A DNA stretch of 64,000 nt from an uncultured delta proteobacterium (GCA_963845515.1 CAWJSR010000029.1:64001-128000), one strand, 5' to 3'; numbered from the stretch's first letter, positions 31,276-41,967 are shown. Made by a program: numbers and translations. Notes: a model not told the origin generated them from the letters alone.

Positions 31276-32223
31276 GTGGCCCACCGCGATCTTTACGACA
31301 TCCTCGGAGTGGCGCGGACCGCGTCGGCTGACGAGCTCAAGCGCGCCTACCGAAAGCTCGCGAAGCGCTACCACCCGGACGTGAACCCCGGCGACAAGGC
31401 ATCGGAGGAGCGCTTCAAGGAGCTCTCCGCGGCCTTCGAGGTCCTGTCGGACCCCAAGCGGCGGAAGCTCTACGACGAGTTCGGCCCCGACTCGCTGCGG
31501 ACGGGCTTCGACGAGAAGCGCGCCGAGGAGTACCGGCGCTACCGGAGCCAGGGGGTCCCGCCGGGAGGCGTACCGTTCGACTTCGGAGACTTCCGGACGG
31601 TGAACGTAGACGGGGGCGCCTTCGACTTCTCGTCGATCTTCGGCGAGATCTTCGGTCAGGGGAGCCGGCGGCGCGGCCAGCATTTCCCGGAGGACGGCGA
31701 GCGCGTCGAGGCCGAGCTGGAGGTCGCGCTCCGCGAGGCGGTCCTGGGCGGCGAGCGCGACCTCCGAGTCGGCAACCGGACCCTGCGCGTGAAGATCCCG
31801 GCGGGCGTGGGCGACGGCTCGCAGATCCGGCTCGCGGGCCAGGGAGGGCCCGGCCAGCACGGCGGGAGACCCGGCGACCTCTTCCTCAAGGTGCGGCTCG
31901 CGGAGCACCCCCTCCTGCGCCGCGACGGCCGGGATCTGTCGCTCGACCTGCCAGTCACCGTGCCCGAGGCGGTCGACGGCGCCGAGGTGACCCTGCCGAC
32001 CTTCGAGGGGCCGGTCCGCTTCCGCGTCCCACCCGGCTCCCAGAGCGGGAAGCGGATCCGGCTCAAGGGGAAGGGGCTCCCGGACCTCCGCGGCGGGGCC
32101 CGTGGAGACCTGTATGCCGTCGTACGGATAGTCCTGCCCGAGCCGAGCGAGAAGCTGGCGAAGGCGGCGCGCGCGCTCGAGCCCCTCTACAAGGAGGATC
32201 CCCGGGCGGCCATCTCGTTGTAG
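31276..32223 (+). CDS. DnaJ/CbpA-type co-chaperone without zinc finger
   Basis: J domain with HPD, G/F region, C-terminal domain (GDLFL, GKGLP). Confidence 0.92.
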   Translation: MAHRDLYDILGVARTASADELKRAYRKLAKRYHPDVNPGDKASEERFKELSAAFEVLSDPKRRKLYDEFGPDSLRTGFDEKRAEEYRRYRSQGVPPGGVPFDFGDFRTVNVDGGAFDFSSIFGEIFGQGSRRRGQHFPEDGERVEAELEVALREAVLGGERDLRVGNRTLRVKIPAGVGDGSQIRLAGQGGPGQHGGRPGDLFLKVRLAEHPLLRRDGRDLSLDLPVTVPEAVDGAEVTLPTFEGPVRFRVPPGSQSGKRIRLKGKGLPDLRGGARGDLYAVVRIVLPEPSEKLAKAARALEPLYKEDPRAAISL

Positions 32224-32235
32224 AAGGAACCACCG

Positions 32236-32985
32236 ATGGGACTCTTCGACCTCTTCGCATCGAAGGAGGAACGCGCCCAGGGCGCCCTCCAGAAGCTCTC
32301 GCAGAAGCTGCTGCAGAAGTTCGGGCCGCCCGAGAACCGGGCCAAGGCCATAGACCAGCTCCATGATCTGGGAACGCCGGAGGCGCTGCAGACGCTCTGC
32401 TTGCGCTTCACGATCCTCGTCGATCCGACCATCACGGACGCGGACGAGAAGGAGCGCGTCCACAAGCTGCTGGTCGGCGAGGGTGAGGCGGCCGTCGAGC
32501 CCATCCAGAGGTTCATCCACCAGCAGGAGGAGGGGATCGCGTGGGGGCTGCGCGCCCTCGCCGCCATCCTCCCGCCCGAGCGGCTCCACCCGATCGTGCT
32601 CGGGGAGCTGGCCCACCTCGGCCGCGTCTACTCCCGCGACCCCGAGAAGAAGCTGACGCTCCTCAAGTGGCTGCGCGAGCACTCCGCTGGCGCCGGCGGC
32701 GCCGCGGTCGAGGAGGCCGTCCTCCCGTTGCTGGAGGACTTCAGCGACGACGTCCGGATCGCCGCCACGCGGGCGCTCGCCGCGCTCGCCGGCTCGGAGC
32801 GGACGCGCGATGCGCTGATCGACCTGCTCCTGCGGGACAAGGAGAACCTGCGGGTCCGAGGAGAGGTCTTCGAGGCGCTCGCCGACCTCGGCGCCGACGT
32901 GAAGGGGCACCGTCCCGGCGTCGAGGCGCTCATCGCCGAGCCGTACTACCTGGACCGCGAAGGGCACGTGAAGAAGCGGGGGTGA
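32236..32985 (+). CDS. HEAT repeat protein
   Basis: LLEDFSDDVRIAATRAL-type repeats. AAGGA RBS. Confidence 0.75.
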   Translation: MGLFDLFASKEERAQGALQKLSQKLLQKFGPPENRAKAIDQLHDLGTPEALQTLCLRFTILVDPTITDADEKERVHKLLVGEGEAAVEPIQRFIHQQEEGIAWGLRALAAILPPERLHPIVLGELAHLGRVYSRDPEKKLTLLKWLREHSAGAGGAAVEEAVLPLLEDFSDDVRIAATRALAALAGSERTRDALIDLLLRDKENLRVRGEVFEALADLGADVKGHRPGVEALIAEPYYLDREGHVKKRG

Positions 32986-32992
32986 TGGCCCC

Positions 32993-35560
32993 GTGAGCGA
33001 CCCCGACCGGGACCCTCCCCCCCTCACGCCGGGATCGGCCACGACGGCGGCGCGCTCCTTCTTCGACCGCTGGTTCGAGCACGTGCGCGTCCCGCGGGAC
33101 GCGCCGTCGACGCTCGCCGGGCTCGCGCGCAGGGGGAGCGTCGTGCTCGTCATGCGGTCGCCGGGGCTGCTCGAGCTCCTCTTCGCCCGCTGGATCGCGC
33201 CGAGGCTCGGCCTCGCGCCTGTCCGGGCGACGGCCGGCTATGGCCGCTTCGTCGCGAAGCTCTTCGGCGTCCGGCGCTCACGGCCGGGCTTCGCAGCGAC
33301 GGTGGCCGAGGGCGGGACGACCGTCGTCTTCCTGGGGCGCGAGCGGAGCCTCGCCCCCTTCGTCCAGCTCCTCGCCCTCGGGGCCGCCCGCGAGCGCCCG
33401 GTATTCCTCGTCCCTGCGCTCCTCACGTGGAGCCGGCGCGTGCCGCGGCTGGAGGGGTCGTTCTGGGACCTGCTCTACGGCCGCCCGGACGCGCCAACGC
33501 CGTTCGCCAACCTGGTGGGGTTCCTGCGAAACCACGAGCGGGCAACCTTCGACGTGGGCGAGGCCGTGGAGGTCGGCCAGTTCGCGGCCGCGCACCAGGC
33601 GACCTCGGCGCGGGGGCAGGCGGGCCGGCTGCGAGCCCGCCTCCACCTGCACCTCTCCCACGAGTTCCGCGCTGCGGTCGGCCCGCCGCTCAAGGCGCCG
33701 TCGCGGGTGCGGAACAAGGTGCTGCGCGACCGCTCCCTCCAGGCGACGGTGGACCGGGTCGCGACGGAGACGGGCACGCCCCGCTGGAAGGTGCTCGACG
33801 AGGCCGAGCACGACCTCGAGGAGGTGGCCAGCCGCTTCAGCCCGGGCTTCATCGAGGTCGCTCGCCCTCTCCTGAAGTGGGCCTTCGGCCGGCTCTACGA
33901 CGGCGTCGAGGTCGACGAGGAGGGGTTGGCGCGAGTCCGGCGAGCGGCCGCGCACGCCCCCATCGTCCTCTGCCCCAGCCACAAGAGCCACGTCGACTAC
34001 CTGGTCCTGTCCTGGCTCCTCGTGGAGCGCGGCATGACCCCTCCGCACATCGCGGCGGGGGTCAACCTCGCCTTCTGGCCGTTCGGCCCGATCGCCCGCG
34101 CCGGCGGGGGCTTCTTCATACGGCGCAAGGTGAAGGGGGACCGGATCTACACCGCCGTGCTCCGCGCCTACGTGAAGCACCTGCTGCGGGACGGCTTCCC
34201 GCAGGAGTTCTACGTCGAGGGGGGACGCAGCCGGACCGGGAAGCTGCTCGCGCCGAAGACCGGGCTGGTCTCGATGGAGGTCGACGCGTGGCTCGACGGC
34301 GCCGCCGCCGACGTCCTCTTCGTCCCGGTCTCGATCGACTACGAGCGGCTCATCGAGGCGGGGAGCTACGCGCGCGAGCTGGCGGGGGGCGAGAAGAGGA
34401 AGGAGAGCCTGCGCGGCCTGCTCGGCGTCCTCTCAGTGCTCTTCAGGCGCTACGAGCGGCTCTACGTGCAGTTCGAGCCGCCGATCTCGCTCGCGGCGGT
34501 CGCGCGCGAGCGGCTCGGCGACCGGGCGACCTCGCTCGCCGTGGACGACGCGTGGTCGGGCGAGGCAGGGGAGCCGACGGAGGTCGGCGCACGCGCCGTC
34601 GAAGGGCCGGAGGCCAAGCGCCGCCTGGTGCAGGCCGTGACGAACAGGATCGCGTGGGGGATCGCGCGCGCCACCACCGTGACGCCCGTGGGGCTCGTGG
34701 CCACCGCGCTGCTCGCCGACGCGGGGCGCGCGACGCCGGCAGGGGCGATCACCAGCCGCATCGAGCTGCTCCGCTACCTCGCCGCCGAGGACGGCGCGCG
34801 CTTCGCGCGTGGGCTCGAGGGGGCGTCGAGCGATCCGCGCGCGCCGGGTCCGATCGCGGACGCCCTCCGCCGGCTGGAGAAGGAGCGGCTCGTGCGGGCC
34901 GATCGCGCGGGGGAGGAGCCGGCGTGGCAGGTGGTGCCGGAGCGGCGGCCGTACGTCGACTTCCACCGGAACGCGGTCCTGCACCGCTACGTGGCGCTCG
35001 GGATCGTCGCCGCGGCCGTCCTCGCGCGCCGGACGACGCCCGAGGACGCGTGGGGGGTCTTCGAGCGCGCCGGCTGGATCTCTCGGCTCCTCAAGCTCGA
35101 GTTCATGTACCAGCCCGGCACCAGCGCCGAGGAGGCGTTCGAGTCGCTCGTGAACCTCCTCGAGCGGCTCGGGGGCATCGAGCGCGCCTCGGGCACGCTG
35201 CGGCCCGGGGCTTCGCCGGAGTTCCTCCACTTCCTCGCCGAGCTGCTCCGGCCCTTCATCGAGGGGTACCGGCTCGCGGTCGAGACGGCGCTCCTGCAGA
35301 TCGACCCGGCGAAGCCGCGCCGTCCCTTCACCCGCCGGCGGCTCGTGGCTGCCAGCCTCGAGCGCGGCCGGCAGGAGCTGGCCGCCGGAAGGATCAGGCT
35401 GACCGAGGCGGTCTCGAAGGCGACGGTCGAGAACGCCGTCGAGTGGCTGATCCTCGCGCAGTTCCTGCGGGAAACCCCCGACGGCGAGCTCAGCGCGCCA
35501 GCTGGCCCGCAGCCATTGCGCCGCGTCGTAGACTTGATGAATCCGCTTCTTGCGCCCTGA
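32993..35560 (+). CDS. plsB: Glycerol-3-phosphate acyltransferase (PlsB family)
   Basis: HKSHVD (HX4D), GGFFIRR, EGGRSRTG, VPVSIDY. Confidence 0.88.
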   Translation: MSDPDRDPPPLTPGSATTAARSFFDRWFEHVRVPRDAPSTLAGLARRGSVVLVMRSPGLLELLFARWIAPRLGLAPVRATAGYGRFVAKLFGVRRSRPGFAATVAEGGTTVVFLGRERSLAPFVQLLALGAARERPVFLVPALLTWSRRVPRLEGSFWDLLYGRPDAPTPFANLVGFLRNHERATFDVGEAVEVGQFAAAHQATSARGQAGRLRARLHLHLSHEFRAAVGPPLKAPSRVRNKVLRDRSLQATVDRVATETGTPRWKVLDEAEHDLEEVASRFSPGFIEVARPLLKWAFGRLYDGVEVDEEGLARVRRAAAHAPIVLCPSHKSHVDYLVLSWLLVERGMTPPHIAAGVNLAFWPFGPIARAGGGFFIRRKVKGDRIYTAVLRAYVKHLLRDGFPQEFYVEGGRSRTGKLLAPKTGLVSMEVDAWLDGAAADVLFVPVSIDYERLIEAGSYARELAGGEKRKESLRGLLGVLSVLFRRYERLYVQFEPPISLAAVARERLGDRATSLAVDDAWSGEAGEPTEVGARAVEGPEAKRRLVQAVTNRIAWGIARATTVTPVGLVATALLADAGRATPAGAITSRIELLRYLAAEDGARFARGLEGASSDPRAPGPIADALRRLEKERLVRADRAGEEPAWQVVPERRPYVDFHRNAVLHRYVALGIVAAAVLARRTTPEDAWGVFERAGWISRLLKLEFMYQPGTSAEEAFESLVNLLERLGGIERASGTLRPGASPEFLHFLAELLRPFIEGYRLAVETALLQIDPAKPRRPFTRRRLVAASLERGRQELAAGRIRLTEAVSKATVENAVEWLILAQFLRETPDGELSAPAGPQPLRRVVDLMNPLLAP

Positions 35561-35712
35561 ATTCGCGAGCTTCCCGGACTTTGGTCCTTCCCTGTCGCGG
35601 GGCGCTTCGCTAATGTTGCGCGCCTATCCGGGTAGGTTCGGAGCCAGCGGGGCTCCACTCCGGCTTTCCACCGCGAGCAGGACGACTTCTAAAGCTTCAG
35701 GAGGCTGAACCA

Positions 35713-37233
35713 ATGTCGGACCGCATCCTTCACAAGGGACTTCAGGCCAAGGTGATGTCGGCCGCTGACGCTGCCAGACTCATCCCCAACGGCTCTGTCA
35801 TCGGCATGTCGGGCTTCACCGGCGCCGGCTATCCCAAGGCCGTTCCCGTCGAGCTTGCGAAGATGGCACTCGACGCGAAGCTCTCGGGCAAGTCGCTCCG
35901 GTTCGACGTCCTCACCGGCGCCTCAACCGGCCCGGAGCAGGACACGATGATGGCCATCACCGAGGCTTCCCGCTTCCGCTTCCCCTACCAGGGCGACGCG
36001 GCGTGCCGCGAGAAGATCAACGCCGGCCTCATCGAGTACCAGGACATGCACCTCAGCCACGCCGGGACGCTCGTCCGGTACGGCTACTACGGCAAGCTGG
36101 CCTTCGCGGTCGTCGAGGTCACGCGGATCAACGCGGACGGCACGCTCCTCTGCTCCTCGTCCTGCGGCGCGAACAACGTCTACCTGGACAAGGCCGAGAA
36201 GATCATCCTCGAGGTCAACGAGTGGCAGGATGAGCGGATGGAGGGGATGCACGACATCCTCTCCGTCGCCTCCGAGCACGGCAAGCGCGTCGCGATCCCA
36301 ATCAACGCGACGGGTGACCGCCCCGGCTCCAAGTTCCAGTCGATCGACATCAGCAAGGTGGTCGCGGTCGTCAAGACCAACTGCCCTGACCGCAACTCGC
36401 CCTTCAAGGCCCCCGAGGACATCCACAAGCGGATCGCCGGCCACATCATCGACTTCCTCTCCGCCGAGGTGAAGGCGGGCCGCCTCCCGCACTCCCTCAC
36501 GCCGCTGCAGTCGGGCGTCGGCAACATCGCGAACGCGGTGCTCGTCGGTCTGAACGAGGGGCCGTTCGAGCAGATGACCTCGTACACCGAGGTGGTCCAG
36601 GACGGCATGCTCGACATGCTCGACTCCGGCAAGCTCACGGTCGCCTCGGCGACCGCCTTCTCGGTCTCGCCGGCCGGGCAGGAGCGCTTCCTCAAGAACA
36701 TCGACCGCTACCGGAAGCAGATCATCCTGCGCCCGCAGGAGATCTCGAACAACCCCGAGGTGATCCGCCGCCTGGGCTGCATCGCGATGAACGGGTTCGT
36801 CGAGGCCGACATCTACGGCCACGTCAACTCGACCCACATCGCCGGCAAGGGGATCGAGAACGGCATCGGTGGGTCGGGTGACTTCGCCCGCAACTCTGCC
36901 TACACGATCTTCATGTCCCCGGCGACCGCCAAGGACGGCAAGATCTCCGCCATCGTCCCGTTCGCGTCGCACATCGACCACACGGAGCACGACGTCTCGG
37001 CGATCGTGACCGAGTTCGGCCTCGCCGACCTCCGCGGGCGCAGCCCGAAGGAGAAGGCCAAGGAGGTCATCGAGAAGTGCGCCGCCCCCGAGTACCGTCC
37101 GGTCCTCTGGGATTACTACAAGAAGGCCATGGCGAACCCGTCCGCGGGCCGTCACTCGCCGCACCAGTTCGACAAGGCGTTCTCGTTCCACACGAACTAC
37201 CTGGCGACCGGCAGCATGATGCCGAAGAAGTAG
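35713..37233 (+). CDS. Acetyl-CoA hydrolase / succinate CoA-transferase family
   Basis: SGFTGAGYPKAVP, QSGVGNIANAV, TEVVQD, NGIGGSGDF, EFGLADLRG. Confidence 0.93.
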   Translation: MSDRILHKGLQAKVMSAADAARLIPNGSVIGMSGFTGAGYPKAVPVELAKMALDAKLSGKSLRFDVLTGASTGPEQDTMMAITEASRFRFPYQGDAACREKINAGLIEYQDMHLSHAGTLVRYGYYGKLAFAVVEVTRINADGTLLCSSSCGANNVYLDKAEKIILEVNEWQDERMEGMHDILSVASEHGKRVAIPINATGDRPGSKFQSIDISKVVAVVKTNCPDRNSPFKAPEDIHKRIAGHIIDFLSAEVKAGRLPHSLTPLQSGVGNIANAVLVGLNEGPFEQMTSYTEVVQDGMLDMLDSGKLTVASATAFSVSPAGQERFLKNIDRYRKQIILRPQEISNNPEVIRRLGCIAMNGFVEADIYGHVNSTHIAGKGIENGIGGSGDFARNSAYTIFMSPATAKDGKISAIVPFASHIDHTEHDVSAIVTEFGLADLRGRSPKEKAKEVIEKCAAPEYRPVLWDYYKKAMANPSAGRHSPHQFDKAFSFHTNYLATGSMMPKK

Positions 37234-37253
37234 CCTTCCGGCTTCGCTTGAAT

Positions 37254-37291
37254 GGAACGGCGGTCGCGCGAGCGGCCGCCGTTTCACTTTT
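37254..37291 (+). terminator. Putative intrinsic terminator
   Basis: GGAACGGCGGTCGC-GCGA-GCGGCCGCCGTTTC followed by ACTTTT, just after the CoA-transferase stop. Confidence 0.7.
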
Positions 37292-37354
37292 GGGAGCGCG
37301 AAGCGCCTCCGGACCTTCTCCCTCTCCCCGGTCCCGGCCTGCTAATCTCCCCCC

Positions 37355-38149
37355 ATGCCGACCGTCGACCTCGAGAAGGCAATGAACGTCGCGCGCGCCG
37401 CCGTCGAGGCGGCGAGCGCCGCCAGCCTCCGCCACTTCCGGAAGGGCGTGCGCGTCGAGGTGAAGCCGGACCGGACGCCGGTGACCGCCGCCGACCGCGA
37501 GTCGGAGGCGGCGATCCTGCGCGTGGTCCGCGACGCCTTCCCGGACCACGCCTTCCTCGGCGAGGAGACGGGCGAGCACCCCGGGATCGCGGGCGCGCGC
37601 TGGATCGTCGATCCGCTCGACGGGACCAAGGGCTTCACCCGCGGCCGGACCTTCTGGGGAGCGCTGGTGGGCTTCGAGCTCGAGGGCAGGGTCGCGGCCG
37701 GGGCGATGGCCCTCCCGGGCGAGGGGGAGGTCTACTGGGCCGCTCGCGGCCACGGCGCCTGGCTCTCGAGCGACGGTGGCGAGCCCGTGCGGCTGCGGGT
37801 CTCGGCGATCTCCGGCTGGGAAGACTCGACCCTCTCGATCGGCGAGCCACACGTTCTCTTCAAGCCGCCGATGCTGGAGCGCGTGGCCAGGCTGGCCATA
37901 GAGGCGCAGAACGCACGCTGCTACGGCGACCTCGCCGGCTGCGCGCTCGTGCTCAAGGGGCAGGCCGAGGCCTGGATCGAGGCCGGCGTGAAGATCTGGG
38001 ACCTCTCGCCGCTGCAGATCCTGGCCGAGGAGGCGGGCGGCCGGTTCACCGACTTCGACGGCGTCCCAACCGTCGCGTCCGGCGCCTGCGTCGCGTCGAA
38101 CGGGCTCGTCCACGAGCGCGTCCTGGCGGCGCTGGCCGGCGGCCGCTAG
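37355..38149 (+). CDS. Inositol monophosphatase family protein (HisN-like histidinol-phosphatase)
   Basis: PVTAADRESE, LGEE, WIVDPLDGTKGF, WDLSP. Confidence 0.88.
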   Translation: MPTVDLEKAMNVARAAVEAASAASLRHFRKGVRVEVKPDRTPVTAADRESEAAILRVVRDAFPDHAFLGEETGEHPGIAGARWIVDPLDGTKGFTRGRTFWGALVGFELEGRVAAGAMALPGEGEVYWAARGHGAWLSSDGGEPVRLRVSAISGWEDSTLSIGEPHVLFKPPMLERVARLAIEAQNARCYGDLAGCALVLKGQAEAWIEAGVKIWDLSPLQILAEEAGGRFTDFDGVPTVASGACVASNGLVHERVLAALAGGR

Positions 38150-38180
38150 CGCTCCGCTCGGCTACCCGCCGGCCGCCCGC

Positions 38181-38489
38181 CTACCCGTCGGCGCCGCCGC
38201 CCTTCGGCTTGGGCTTCGGTCGCACCACGATCCTGTAGACCTGCCGCAGCCCGAGCGGCGAGCCGCGCGAGACCGAGCAGGTGGTCTCGCCCACCTTCAG
38301 CGCCTCGAGCTTCCCGCTGCCGTCGGCCGCGAAGGCGGCGACGGAGGGATCGTCGCAGAGCGGGCGGAACCCGCCGAGCTCCTTCGACTCGCCGATGACC
38401 AGCTCGACCCGGATCGAGTCGTCGGCCCACGCGGCGAGGGGAAGGAGCGCCGTAGACGCCAGGACCGCCGCGGCGATGAGGGAGCGCAT
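38181..38489 (-). CDS. Small secreted protein with a pilus-N-like domain
   Basis: Signal peptide (AWA), CDDPSVA...ALKVGETTC. TTGACC-17-GACCAT upstream. Confidence 0.65.
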   Translation of the reverse strand: MRSLIAAAVLASTALLPLAAWADDSIRVELVIGESKELGGFRPLCDDPSVAAFAADGSGKLEALKVGETTCSVSRGSPLGLRQVYRIVVRPKPKPKGGGADG

Positions 38490-38532
38490 GGCAGCGATGG
38501 TCGCGCCGCCCGCGGGAGCGGTCAAGCGCCCG

Positions 38533-40044
38533 TCAGGCGACCGGGGCGCGCCGGAACAGCTCGGCGACCGCGCCGGTCCGGCCGGCGACGCGAGCCCGGC
38601 CGCGCGCCCACTCGCGCAGCGCCTTGATCTGCTCCTCGTAGGTCTTGAAGAGCGGGACGAGATCCTGCGCGACGCGACGAAGGTCCCCGGTCTCCAGCTC
38701 GCGCCCCTGCGCGTAGGCGCGGTGGAGCGCGCCTACGACGACCTGCTCCAGCTCCGCGCCCGAGTAGTCGACGCAGACCCTGGCGATCCCCGCGACGTCG
38801 ACCTGCTCCGGGTCCCGGCTGCGCCGCCGGAGGTGGAGCGCGAGGATCTCGCGCCGCGCCTCGGCGTCCGGCAGGTCGACGAAGAAGAGCTCGTCGAAGC
38901 GCCCGCGCCGCAGCAGCTCGGGTGGAAGGCGCGACACGTCGTTCGCGGTGGCGACCACGAAGACCGGACCCTGACGCTCCTGCAGCCACGTCGAGAAGGC
39001 GCCCAGCAGCCGGGCGGCCCGTGGATCCGCGCCGTCGCCCGGCGAGCTGCCGGCGAAGCCCTTCTCGATCTCGTCCACCCATAGGGCGACCGGGGAGAGC
39101 GCCTCTGCCGCCTCCAGGGCGCGATGGAGGCTCTCCTCGGCGCCGGTGCCCGACCCGAGCACCCGCGGCAGGTCGAGCCGCAGGATCGGGACGCCGAGCC
39201 GCGCCGCGGCCGCCTTCGCCGCGAGCGACTTGCCGCAGCCCTGCACGCCCACGAGCAGCACGCCGCGCGGCGGGGGCAGCCCCCAGCGACGGGCGTCCGG
39301 ATCGAACGCGAGCGCGCGCTCCTCCATCCAGTCCTTGAACCCGGAGAGCCCGCCGATCGCCTCGGTCCCCTCCCCTCCCTTGACCAGCTCCAGCCCGAGG
39401 TCGCGGGCGAGCAGCCGCTCCTTCTCCTCGACGATCGCCGCGATGGCGGCGGGCGCGAGCGCGACGTCAGTCCGCAGCGCGCGAGAGAAGGCCCGGCGGG
39501 CCTGCGCCTCGGTGAGCCCGCGGGCCGCGACGAGGGCCCGGTGGCGGACATCAGCGCCGAGGGCCGGGGTGCGCGGCTCGGCGAGCCCGATCCGGACGTC
39601 GTCGAGGAGCGACGCCAGCTCGGCCTCGTCGGGGAGCGGGAGCCGGATTACGGCCGTGTCGGCGGCGATCCCGTCCGGGAGCACGAGCCGCGGCGCGACG
39701 ATGGTGAGGCAGCGCCCCTCTGCCGCGAAGCGCGGGATGAGGTCGCGCAGCTTTCGAGCCACCGCGTGCTGCTCGAGCGGCTGGTGGAAGTCGAGCGCCA
39801 CCGCGAGGACGGGCGCTGGCGCCGCGGCCAGCGCGTCGAGCATCGCGACGGGATCCTTCGCGTGCGGCGCCAGGGGCGCCAGCCCCCGGTGCGGGGACCA
39901 GACCCCGATCCGCGCGTCGAAGGCCTCGGCGGCGCTCTCGCAGAAGGCGATGGCGCGGTCCTCCTCGTGCGTGACGATGTAGACGACGGGGGTCCCTGCC
40001 GCCCACAGCTCGGCGATCTCGGTGGCGACGTTCCTAGAGCCCAT
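38533..40044 (-). CDS. AAA+ ATPase, Ycf46-like
   Basis: Walker A GVQGCGKS, Walker [16 protein letters not shown]...[13 protein letters not shown]-terminal [10 protein letters not shown]. Confidence 0.88.
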   Translation of the reverse strand: MGSRNVATEIAELWAAGTPVVYIVTHEEDRAIAFCESAAEAFDARIGVWSPHRGLAPLAPHAKDPVAMLDALAAAPAPVLAVALDFHQPLEQHAVARKLRDLIPRFAAEGRCLTIVAPRLVLPDGIAADTAVIRLPLPDEAELASLLDDVRIGLAEPRTPALGADVRHRALVAARGLTEAQARRAFSRALRTDVALAPAAIAAIVEEKERLLARDLGLELVKGGEGTEAIGGLSGFKDWMEERALAFDPDARRWGLPPPRGVLLVGVQGCGKSLAAKAAAARLGVPILRLDLPRVLGSGTGAEESLHRALEAAEALSPVALWVDEIEKGFAGSSPGDGADPRAARLLGAFSTWLQERQGPVFVVATANDVSRLPPELLRRGRFDELFFVDLPDAEARREILALHLRRRSRDPEQVDVAGIARVCVDYSGAELEQVVVGALHRAYAQGRELETGDLRRVAQDLVPLFKTYEEQIKALREWARGRARVAGRTGAVAELFRRAPVA

Positions 40045-40077
40045 CCCGTACCCTCCAGCCGCTGCGAGGCGCAGCCG

Positions 40078-41904
40078 TCACGGCGTCCCCTCCGCGTCGG
40101 CGGTGGCGCGCATCGCCTCCTCGAAGGAGGTGACGCCGGCGGCCACCTTCCGGACCGCGTGCTCGCGCATCGACTGGAGCCCGTCCTGGCGCGCCGTCCG
40201 GAGCAGCGCCTCCGGCGTCGCCCCCTCGGCGACGAGGTGGCGCAGCCGCGCATTGACCGGGAGGATCTCGAAGATCCCGGACCGGCCGTAGTACCCGGTC
40301 ATCCTGCACTTGGGGCAGCCCGCGCCGCGACGAGCGAGCAGCTTGCCGGCGAAGTCCTCCGGGTGCGGCACGCCCAGCGCGTGGACCTCGTCGGCCGTCA
40401 GCGGCACGTCCGCGGCGCAGCTGGGACAGACCTGGCGGACGAGCCGCTGGGCCGCCACGCCCGTGAGCGTCGCGGCGATGAGGAAGCTCGGGACCCCGAG
40501 GTCGCGCAGGCGCGCGATCGCGCCGACCGCGTCGCTCGTGTGGAGCGTGGTCAGCACCATGTGACCGGTGAGCGCGGCCTGCACCGCCTGCGTGGCGGTG
40601 TCGGCGTCCCGGATCTCGCCGACCATGATGACGTCCGGATCCTGCCGCAGCACGTGGCGGAGCGCCTCGGCGAACCCCGTGCCGGTCTTCGGGTTTGCCG
40701 CGATCTGGTTGAAGTCCTCGTGGACCATCTCGATCGGATCCTCGATGGTCACCACGTTCACCTCCGGCGAGGTGAGCGCCTGCAGCGCCGAGTAGAGGGT
40801 CGTGGTCTTCCCGCTCCCGGTGGGCCCGGTGACGATCACGAGGCCGTGCGGACGCAGCAGCCACCGCTCGAAGACCTCCCGCTCGTCGGGCAGGAAGCCC
40901 AGCTCGGAGAGGTCGCGGACGAGGACGGTCGGGTCCAGGACGCGGATCACGATCTTGTCGCCGAAGGTCGTCGGGATGGTCGAGACGCGCAGCTCCATCT
41001 CGGTCTCGCCGTGCGCCGTCCGGATACGCCCGTCCTGCGGCTTGCGCAGGGAGATGTCGAGCCGGCTCATGATCTTGAACCGGTTCGCGATCGCCCCGTG
41101 GACCCCCTTGGGCAGCCGGTGGATGGGGTGGAGGACGCCGTCGATCCGCATGCGGACGATCGACTCCTCGCGGCGTGGCTCGATGTGGATGTCGCTCGCG
41201 CGCTGCTCGAAGGCGTAGTGGAGCAGGTACTCGACCGCCGCGATCACGGGCTCGCTGGAGGCCTCCAGCACGTCGAGCCCGCTGAGGTTGACGAACTGCT
41301 CCAGGTTGCCGACGTCGGTGCCGCCCTCGAGCTGCACCTGGGCGTCGGTGATCTGCTGGCGAAAGCCGTAGACCTCGGCGATGGCGCGGTGGATGTCCGC
41401 CGGCGAGGCGAGGACCGGCTCGACCTCGCTCCCCACGAGCCCACGCAGGCTCTCGAAGAGCTCGCCGTCGAACGGGTTCGCGACCGCCACCACCAGCTTC
41501 TGCCCCTTCCGCTCCAGCGGGAGGACGGCGTGCTTGCGCGCGAACGGGCGCGAGAGGGTGCGCGTGATGAGCTGCGCGTCGAGCTTGATCGTGTCGACCT
41601 TGCGCCACGGGAGCCCCATCCCCTGGGCGAAGGCCTGGGTGATGCCGTCCTCGTCGAGCGGCTCGCCCTCGCGTCGCGCGTTCTGGAACTTGAAGGAGGC
41701 GAGCAGCTCGACCGGAGAGAGCTCCGCCCGGCGAAGCGAGCGGCTGCCCGCGCGGCTGCTCTGCTCCCGGAGGAGGCGGGCGCGCTGCACGTTCTCACGC
41801 GCGTAGGCGGTCCGCTTCTGGTCCTCGGTGATCAGCCCCTGCTTGGCGACTATGTCGGCGACCAGCTCGAGGTTGAAGTCGGCCGCCCGGTAGGTACGAG
41901 GCAC
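40078..41904 (-). CDS. GspE/PulE/PilB family ATPase
   Basis: ASDIHIEP, GPTGSGKTTT, TIEDPIE, RQDPDVIMVGEIRD, TGH..TTLH, CPSC...CPKC. Confidence 0.93.
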   Translation of the reverse strand: MPRTYRAADFNLELVADIVAKQGLITEDQKRTAYARENVQRARLLREQSSRAGSRSLRRAELSPVELLASFKFQNARREGEPLDEDGITQAFAQGMGLPWRKVDTIKLDAQLITRTLSRPFARKHAVLPLERKGQKLVVAVANPFDGELFESLRGLVGSEVEPVLASPADIHRAIAEVYGFRQQITDAQVQLEGGTDVGNLEQFVNLSGLDVLEASSEPVIAAVEYLLHYAFEQRASDIHIEPRREESIVRMRIDGVLHPIHRLPKGVHGAIANRFKIMSRLDISLRKPQDGRIRTAHGETEMELRVSTIPTTFGDKIVIRVLDPTVLVRDLSELGFLPDEREVFERWLLRPHGLVIVTGPTGSGKTTTLYSALQALTSPEVNVVTIEDPIEMVHEDFNQIAANPKTGTGFAEALRHVLRQDPDVIMVGEIRDADTATQAVQAALTGHMVLTTLHTSDAVGAIARLRDLGVPSFLIAATLTGVAAQRLVRQVCPSCAADVPLTADEVHALGVPHPEDFAGKLLARRGAGCPKCRMTGYYGRSGIFEILPVNARLRHLVAEGATPEALLRTARQDGLQSMREHAVRKVAAGVTSFEEAMRATADAEGTP

Positions 41905-41949
41905 GGCGGGAGTCTACCCCGCCTCGGGATCCCGTGTAATTCGCCTGAT

Positions 41950-41967
41950 GCCGCCCGACCGGGCGGC
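41950..41967 (-). promoter_or_regulatory. Putative bacterial SECIS hairpin of the FmdB-like gene
   Basis: Minus strand GCCGCCC-GGUC-GGGCGGC plus a CUGA/UCAG lower stem. The loop is 18 nt after UGA 41981..41979. No U-tract follows. Confidence 0.65.
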
